A stretch of DNA of 64,000 bases, from contig JAUVNS010000005.1 in the NCBI GenBank assembly GCA_030599585.1, positions 128,001 to 192,000 on the forward strand, in the 5' to 3' direction. Both the position numbers and the translations under genes were made by a program. This document shows, piece after piece, positions 57,415-64,000 of the stretch. Numbering within the stretch: the first letter of the stretch is position 1; every line of letters begins with the position of its first letter. The notes beneath the pieces are model-generated. The model was given only the letters and a program-made list of their open reading frames with translations. It was not told the origin of the DNA and did no database searches. Origin of the DNA: Promethearchaeota archaeon (GTDB lineage Archaea > Asgardarchaeota > Lokiarchaeia > Sigyniarchaeales > SOKP01).

Positions 57415-59205
57415 TTATTCTGCGTATTTTTTTTTCCAGATAGGATCGTTTATTTGGAGAGCACGCCTTTGAACCTTCCCTATGATATTTTTTGGTAAAT
57501 CTCCAATAATTGCAATGTGGTGAGGTACTTTATAATGAGCCATATTTCCATTAGCCCACTCTTTTATTGATCGTGGAGACAAATCAGAATCCTCCTTTAT
57601 AGAAACCCAGGCTTTTATAACTTCCCCGTATTCATCGCTTGGCAAACCCGATACAGCAACTTCTAGGATATCAGGGTGCTTCATTAAGAGTTCTTCTACC
57701 TCCTTTGGAAAGACTGAAAAACCTTTGAACTTAATCAACTGTTTCTTACGATCTCTTATCTCAATTGTGCCATCTTCGTTCATAAAACCGATATCTCCAG
57801 TTAAAAGCCAAGTTTTCCCGTCATATTGAAGTAATGTATTAGCTGTCTCTTCAGGATGATCTAAATAACATTTCATTATTTGAGGTCCGTAAACACATAT
57901 TTCTCCAGTATGCTCAACTCCAAAATTTGTACAGTCAGGATTTCCAAGACAAATCGGTCCTTTAGAAAAATCATCTGAGTGAAAAATGCCCCATCCCGTT
58001 CCTGGAAAAGGCATACCTATCACTCCAACCGGACTCTCTCCAAATAAATTGCCTGCACTTACCGCGGGACTTGCTTCACTTAATCCATATCCTTCTACAA
58101 TTCTTCCTCCCGTGTTGTTAACGAAAGCGTCCCGTACGTGTTTATGTAAAGGTCCAGCACTCGAAATACATAATTTTAATTTTCCCATTACTCCTGGATA
58201 TCTTCGATTTAAGTGTTTTAACTCAGCAAGCTTTATAAACAAAATTTCTGCCCCTGCATATATCAAACCTTCTGAACATGGTAGCTTCTCTATTAACTCA
58301 CATAAATCGTCTTGAGATGGTGGTGTTGGGAAAAGCATCATCCAACCTCCTATTGCAATAGAAGTGTTCATGACTATAGTGTGTGCGAAACTATGGAACA
58401 TAGGGAGTATACCTATATTTCCTATACCTGGCATTTCCCCTCCTAACCACAGCTTGCATTGCTCTGCATTCGATACGACGTTAAAATGGCTTAATACTGC
58501 AGCTTTCGGTAAACCTGTAGATCCTCCTGTCATAATATATGTAGCGGCATCATTTTTTACGTCAATACTTACATTTATATCAGCCTCTCTTGGTTCAGTT
58601 TTCATAAGATCTTTGAATTTGATTGCTCCTTCACAATTACATTTTCCGGTTGGAATTTTTTTTAAGAACTTTCCAAGAATTTTCTTAGTTCCAAACATCT
58701 GAACTAAATCAACTAAATTAGTATAAACTACAATTTCAATATCTGTATTTCCAATTATGGGGCTAATGTAAGGTTCAAATAAAGCATCTAGCACGATTAA
58801 CATTTTAGGTTTAACAATATCTATTTGATGTAAAATTTCCATGGGCTGGTATGTTGGATTTATACCCGTAGCAATTGCTCCTATCCGCGTAATGGCGTAA
58901 TAAGACACAATATATTGAACGCAATTTGGTAGATGAATGGCAACAACATCCCCCTTTTTGATTCCCAAATCGACTAAAGCAGTAGCAAACCTTTTTACGT
59001 AATTTTGAAATTGCTTATAAGTTACCCAAGAGTCGAGAAACCATATCAGATTATGATCGGGATATTTCTCAACTTGGGCATCTAACATCTCATTCAAGGA
59101 TTTCTCTTCAAAAATTGCGTTATATGGCACATTTTCAGGCCACCATGTTTGAAACCATCGCTTACTCTCGTCAATTTGGTATGATTTGTTTGTGCTAGTA
59201 ACCAT
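57415..59205 (-). CDS. long-chain fatty acid-CoA ligase, copy 2
   Basis: TGGSTGLPK, EGYGLSE, TGDIG, GKVQRR; tandem paralog of copy 1. Confidence 0.95.
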   Translation of the reverse strand: MVTSTNKSYQIDESKRWFQTWWPENVPYNAIFEEKSLNEMLDAQVEKYPDHNLIWFLDSWVTYKQFQNYVKRFATALVDLGIKKGDVVAIHLPNCVQYIVSYYAITRIGAIATGINPTYQPMEILHQIDIVKPKMLIVLDALFEPYISPIIGNTDIEIVVYTNLVDLVQMFGTKKILGKFLKKIPTGKCNCEGAIKFKDLMKTEPREADINVSIDVKNDAATYIMTGGSTGLPKAAVLSHFNVVSNAEQCKLWLGGEMPGIGNIGILPMFHSFAHTIVMNTSIAIGGWMMLFPTPPSQDDLCELIEKLPCSEGLIYAGAEILFIKLAELKHLNRRYPGVMGKLKLCISSAGPLHKHVRDAFVNNTGGRIVEGYGLSEASPAVSAGNLFGESPVGVIGMPFPGTGWGIFHSDDFSKGPICLGNPDCTNFGVEHTGEICVYGPQIMKCYLDHPEETANTLLQYDGKTWLLTGDIGFMNEDGTIEIRDRKKQLIKFKGFSVFPKEVEELLMKHPDILEVAVSGLPSDEYGEVIKAWVSIKEDSDLSPRSIKEWANGNMAHYKVPHHIAIIGDLPKNIIGKVQRRALQINDPIWKKKYAE

Positions 59206-59297
59206 ATTGGTCTTACCTTATTTTTTCTAATAACAAGTGATTAAGATCACTTTGATAACTCTGAATTTAAAACTATCCTTAACAATACTGAAGCCAG

Positions 59298-59325
59298 AAA
59301 AATAAAAAAATAAAAATAAAAAAAA
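59298..59325 (-). terminator. oligo-T archaeal terminator-like tract after the 59351..61486 gene
   Basis: several T5-T8 runs on the minus strand ~25-55 nt past the stop. Confidence 0.45.
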
Positions 59326-59350
59326 GAGTGTTATTTAATTTGATTGAGAC

Positions 59351-61486
59351 CTAAAATCTCGAATCTTTACGCCTTTTAATTAAAATGGTAGCAACACCTA
59401 ATAAACCGACACCGGCAACCAAGAGAATTAAAGCCCAGAAACCTGTAGCTTCAAAGACCATGAACACGCTGAACGTAGGATCGTGCCAAATTCCACTTCC
59501 ATCCTCGAACATTGGAAAACATACCGCGTAAACCATGACGCTGAAAGTAACGTTTAAGCCAATATCAGCAGCAAATGTATCTACTTCACCCGGAGTGCCT
59601 TCAAATGTTTGGTGTGCGTTAGCTTCAGCTTCAAACAAAGCAACTGGAAGTATGCTTGTAGATGCTGGTGCGCTATCAGATGTACCTTCAGCTCCGTAGA
59701 AGTAATCGGGTCCAGCGATATCGACAAAATCTAATTTGTCCCTTATATTATGAGGGAGATAGTTGCCAATCTTAAGAGAATGTTCTACATCATCGTAATC
59801 GTCTGCGGGATCTAATCTTGCAGTTGGATCGTCTCCAATTGTATCGATTTTAAGGTGGAAGTGTAACACTGTTGAAACGTAAATGATAGCAAGGTCTAAT
59901 CCATCGATAGGATTATTAGCGTCAGGTACTGAAGGATCATTCCATGGAGCAAAAAATTGGTCTAACTTAACAGCTCCGTGTAAAACCGGTACGGTACCAC
60001 CATCAGCAGTAGCGAGGTTTATTTTTTTTGGCTCAAAAGTAAATCCAAAGTGAATGTATGCGAGTGATTCTGGAGTAGTTCCTAAATATGAATCTGTATC
60101 TACTCCTACAGGAACAGGGGTAATCGTAGCTTGATTTAGATCTAAACCCCAAGAAACTTTGTCCTCACCCGGGATCTTAACTGGTAAATTAAAATCAATA
60201 TCATTTACAGCACCGAGTAGTAGTCGATGAGTTAATTCTGATGCACGAGGAACCTCTATAGGGCGACCGTCTACTAAAATCGGATCACCAACAGAATTGT
60301 TTACTTGTACGTAATTTGCAGATAATCTGTTGTCGAGATTTGTATCATTGTATAAGAAAGCTCCGGTTAAGTGATGCGTGAATAAGAAAAATTCAATATC
60401 CAATCCTTGAAAGATTGCGGCAGGGTTAATAGAACCTCCTCCACCACCTAGTAAACTCAAAATCTCGGCTACATCAATGTGTATTTCGAAATTTTTAATC
60501 CATAATTGGAAGAGATCAAAGGTAAATTCAGTAAATCCTTTTTGAAGATTAGCGACAACATCAACTTCGGTTAATAACCACTCCATAAGAGAATCTTGTC
60601 TAGCATGAGCAGTGACATTCCACGAGTCCAATAAAGTATTTCCTGAAGGAACAACATCTGTGAAGAGATCATCAGCAAGATCTATTTGCCAATCAGTTCC
60701 AGTAACTTTCCATGTTTTAGTAATACTAAATCCTGCACCTGTGTAAATATCTAATTTTCGCCAAGTGATAGGATTTAATACAAATAATTCCTCACCAGTA
60801 AAAATGTCGTTAATATGAATTAGGAACCAAGTAATAAGTTCAACGCCTTTTTGAATTAATTCTTCTGGAATTCCTCCAATGCTAGATGTGGCAGGAGATT
60901 CGGTACTTGAAGTGGAAGGACTGTTTATATATGGTTGAAGTTCAGTAAAGAAATTAATAATTCTTTTCACTGCATTAACAAAAGAGCCATCGTTATCCCA
61001 AATAATTAGAGTAACTCCAGCACCTACAGTTAAATTATACTGATATGTTCCAGATGTTTCAACTTCGCAATATGCATATCCATTTTCACTTGCATTATAT
61101 ATTCCTTCGGTATAATCAAAAGGAACCATATAAATTTGTTTCCTTGGAGTGCTGAAATCTCTTAAATCAGAATAAGTTTTTTCATGAGTTGCGCTTATGG
61201 CATAAACTCCCGGTAATATCTCTTTACCGCTAAAGTTAGTTAATGTTTGCATAAACAACATTTCAAAAACTGTCGCTAAAACATTACCTCCGGGACCTAT
61301 ACCCCTAAACATCCCTCCAAGAAGGGTTCCAAAGCCTCCGATAAGAGCAGAAGGATCTGTGATTCCAATTTGGTCGTAAGTATAATCGTTGTCGTAATCG
61401 TAGCCAGCAACCATCATTGGTGTGGCTGTAAAAGAAGCTACCACTAACGCTATAACCATTAAGCTTTTAGTGCTTACTTTTTTCAT
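59351..61486 (-). CDS. large membrane-anchored cell-surface protein (signal peptide, C-terminal TM, basic tail)
   Basis: MKK + hydrophobic signal, acidic ectodomain with several N-x-S/T sequons, WHDP motif, TM then KRRKDSRF. Confidence 0.8.
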   Translation of the reverse strand: MKKVSTKSLMVIALVVASFTATPMMVAGYDYDNDYTYDQIGITDPSALIGGFGTLLGGMFRGIGPGGNVLATVFEMLFMQTLTNFSGKEILPGVYAISATHEKTYSDLRDFSTPRKQIYMVPFDYTEGIYNASENGYAYCEVETSGTYQYNLTVGAGVTLIIWDNDGSFVNAVKRIINFFTELQPYINSPSTSSTESPATSSIGGIPEELIQKGVELITWFLIHINDIFTGEELFVLNPITWRKLDIYTGAGFSITKTWKVTGTDWQIDLADDLFTDVVPSGNTLLDSWNVTAHARQDSLMEWLLTEVDVVANLQKGFTEFTFDLFQLWIKNFEIHIDVAEILSLLGGGGGSINPAAIFQGLDIEFFLFTHHLTGAFLYNDTNLDNRLSANYVQVNNSVGDPILVDGRPIEVPRASELTHRLLLGAVNDIDFNLPVKIPGEDKVSWGLDLNQATITPVPVGVDTDSYLGTTPESLAYIHFGFTFEPKKINLATADGGTVPVLHGAVKLDQFFAPWNDPSVPDANNPIDGLDLAIIYVSTVLHFHLKIDTIGDDPTARLDPADDYDDVEHSLKIGNYLPHNIRDKLDFVDIAGPDYFYGAEGTSDSAPASTSILPVALFEAEANAHQTFEGTPGEVDTFAADIGLNVTFSVMVYAVCFPMFEDGSGIWHDPTFSVFMVFEATGFWALILLVAGVGLLGVATILIKRRKDSRF

Positions 61487-61797
61487 TATTTATAATCACA
61501 TTATTTTTTTTTAAATTTAGGTACTTAAAATAAGAATAGACTTTTTGTTTTTAATTGTTTATATTCTAATTCAATAGAAATTTTAAAACTAAGAGTTTGA
61601 ACCTAATTATATTAGATGATTTCAGAATAGTAAAATGTTTCGGTTAAACTAATTCTTAGTTTTTATATTTTTTTTAATTTAATGCATGATTAATTTAAAC
61701 TCATATTTGATTTTATAGTTCTTAATAAATACTCTTCAATCAATAATTGAATGAAGTAAAAAACAAGTGAAATTGAAAATAGATGTAATAATAAAGG

Positions 61798-62805
61798 TTA
61801 ATCTTCCAAAGTAATGAAAGTGTAAAATAATACGAATATGTATAATATCGCTGAAATCAATAAACTCCATACTCTCAAAAATTCTGATAATTCTTCGGTT
61901 GTTAAAATCACATTTGAACCAATAAACACAGCTGCGATTAAATAACCTAAAAAATAGCTTTTAAAACTTCCATATTTTGACCTACCCCTTATAAGATTGA
62001 TGAGGTAAGTAAAGATTACGATAATTAAACCCGCAGTGTAAATCAGCTCAACGATGGGATAATTGTTTAGATCCAGAAACAAAAAAAAACCAAAAAGAAA
62101 TACGACTAAAACCTTCACATTTGCAAAACGCTTCTTTTGGGTGGTATCTGTAAATAATTGTTCGTATTCGCTAATACCTGAATTAGATAACAAGATAATA
62201 AGAGAACCGATTGATAAAGCCGTGAATAAGGAATAAGATATTTTAAATAGATAAGGAATAAGGTAGAGCCAAATGTTATTCCATAAAAAAATAGGTAGGG
62301 CTAAAAACTCAGGTATTATACTCGCTGTACAGAAGATTGGGATTACAGCCGCTAATATCATTACAATCTTAGTCAACTTCGATGTTTCTGTATCCTCTTC
62401 CCAACTTTCTTTTCTAAAAGTTGTTAAACGCCACGCAAAAGAAGCAAAGCTTAATATAGAAATTACGGGGGTTATGATTGGAAAGATAAATATAAAGAGA
62501 ATATAAACAGCATTGATACCATAAAAAAATTTTAACCTTGAAGGAACTACACTTATTTTATCGTCAAAAGATTCCATTGTGTTAGCAAATCGATTCGCAA
62601 ATAAAATTAGGAAAAATAACCAAGATATACTATAAACAATAGGGCTCAGTATTTTTATAACAAAAAAATTCAAACTCGCATCGTTAGAATACCATAAATT
62701 AAAATCAACTAAAGAAAAAATCAAAAAAATACTCAATGGTACCAAAATAATAGAAAGCAAAACAATTAAACGAGGGATTAGAACTCCCTTAACAGTTTTC
62801 GACAT
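61798..62805 (-). CDS. polytopic membrane protein
   Basis: ~9 hydrophobic segments in 335 aa. Confidence 0.75.
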   Translation of the reverse strand: MSKTVKGVLIPRLIVLLSIILVPLSIFLIFSLVDFNLWYSNDASLNFFVIKILSPIVYSISWLFFLILFANRFANTMESFDDKISVVPSRLKFFYGINAVYILFIFIFPIITPVISILSFASFAWRLTTFRKESWEEDTETSKLTKIVMILAAVIPIFCTASIIPEFLALPIFLWNNIWLYLIPYLFKISYSLFTALSIGSLIILLSNSGISEYEQLFTDTTQKKRFANVKVLVVFLFGFFLFLDLNNYPIVELIYTAGLIIVIFTYLINLIRGRSKYGSFKSYFLGYLIAAVFIGSNVILTTEELSEFLRVWSLLISAILYIFVLFYTFITLED

Positions 62806-62968
62806 CGATCACATATGTATCTGCTTTTAATAATTATATATATAATGATGATACGATATTTTAAAATCTCTGTTTTATCTGTGTATCTTTGAGGAATCTA
62901 ATTTATCTGGTGATTCAAAAAAAAATTAAAAAAAGAATACGATCTTTTAATTATGTTTCCTAATTGTT

Positions 62969-63706
62969 TCACGACTTCATTCCACAATTAGTACAAAAAT
63001 CATTATCAGCTACCAGTTTGGCTCCACAGTTAGTGCAATGAGCGCTATCATCAAAAGATGGTTCTTTTTCATCTTCTATTTTCGCTTTGGATTTCTTACT
63101 TTTCTGTTTACTTCCAGCCCCTGTTGGCTTATATTTCAAACTACCAATGAACCCACCAAAAACAGCGCCTACAAGACAACCTTCTAATATAGCGGTAGAT
63201 ACGGCAAAAACATAGGGTAAATCAGTTAAACCCAATGTTAATCCGTCAATTATCCCACCAATGAAAGGACCAATAATTGGGATCAGAGGTAATAAGAAAT
63301 ATATTAATAAAGCAATAATTAAATATCCAATTCCGATGGCAAGGCTCGTTCGTATGCCCTTACCTGGCGTTTTAGCATTTATACCGGATATCATTGAACA
63401 AGCTAATATCCAAGGCAATGTAACGGAGATTAACAGCAGTACGTCATCGGGACGATACATTAAGCACCAATGAATAGGGAAAATTATAATTAAAACGAGT
63501 CCCAAGAACATTGGCGCAAGAATTGCGATAATGCCCCCAATTCCTGGCAATAACGATCCTAAAGAAGAAAGGGCGTCACCTAAATTTTCGATTAAACCCC
63601 CCGTAACGCCTGAAGTTAAATCTAGGAATACAAAACTAATATAAGATGTTAACAAAAGAAAGATCATTCCTACAATTCCAGTCCACAATACACGTCCAAA
63701 TCCCAT
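62969..63706 (-). CDS. membrane protein with C-terminal double zinc-ribbon
   Basis: ~5-6 TM segments, Lys-rich linker, CTNCG.......FCTNCG. Confidence 0.8.
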   Translation of the reverse strand: MGFGRVLWTGIVGMIFLLLTSYISFVFLDLTSGVTGGLIENLGDALSSLGSLLPGIGGIIAILAPMFLGLVLIIIFPIHWCLMYRPDDVLLLISVTLPWILACSMISGINAKTPGKGIRTSLAIGIGYLIIALLIYFLLPLIPIIGPFIGGIIDGLTLGLTDLPYVFAVSTAILEGCLVGAVFGGFIGSLKYKPTGAGSKQKSKKSKAKIEDEKEPSFDDSAHCTNCGAKLVADNDFCTNCGMKS

Positions 63707-64000
63707 GTGAAATTTCCTCTAATTATTAATTCAATAAAGTTTGATTTAATTAAATTACGTTCTTATAATTTGAAACATGCTTCGATTATTTAAAATTTTG
63801 TTTTTAACCTTTTTATAGTAAATCTACACTATATATTATAAAAATTTTGGAGATTTTGAACTCCTTTAGAAATTATAAAACACTGCGTCAATGATTTTAA
63901 AATTGGGATAAATTCGGGGTGATGTAAACAAAATTTGAAGTAAAAAAAGTTAAATAAAATTAGTTATTTAATGTTGACAATTGCTCCTTTTTCCATCTTA

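Noticed and set aside
1-64000. tRNA, rRNA, transposase, integrase, prophage or in-frame UGA selenoprotein genes
   Set aside because: None recognised by eye; TGA-terminated ORFs look complete. tRNAscan-SE, Infernal and a selenoprotein search would be needed to exclude them formally.

Overview
AT-rich, densely coding archaeal chromosome segment. Gene content points to an Asgard archaeon, most likely Lokiarchaeia-like (inference): an eL22-like ribosomal protein, four Rab-like small GTPases, stand-alone longin-like proteins, V4R proteins, PSTK, a TAT-less reductive dehalogenase and form III RuBisCO with ribose-1,5-bisphosphate isomerase. It also has housekeeping genes (tfs, uvrC, cdc48, two tandem tbp, argS-speB-dhs, tag), a tetraether lipid synthase homolog, a heterodimeric ABC exporter and two tandem acyl-CoA synthetases. 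I saw no tRNA, rRNA, CRISPR array or mobile element. Most interesting signals: (1) a 493-aa protein of 12 gap-free 35-aa repeats whose period and motif resemble actin-binding nebulin repeats; (2) V4R-fold genes next to Rab-like GTPases twice, once as a GTPase-thioredoxin-V4R operon; (3) a structured ~115-nt element upstream of tes; (4) a RING-like zinc finger completed only by a -1 shift at A_AAA_AAG; (5) a ~220-aa Met-rich insertion in an ABC ATPase domain; (6) two genes that appear to need ATT/ATA start codons. All family calls come from motif recognition by eye; no searches were run.
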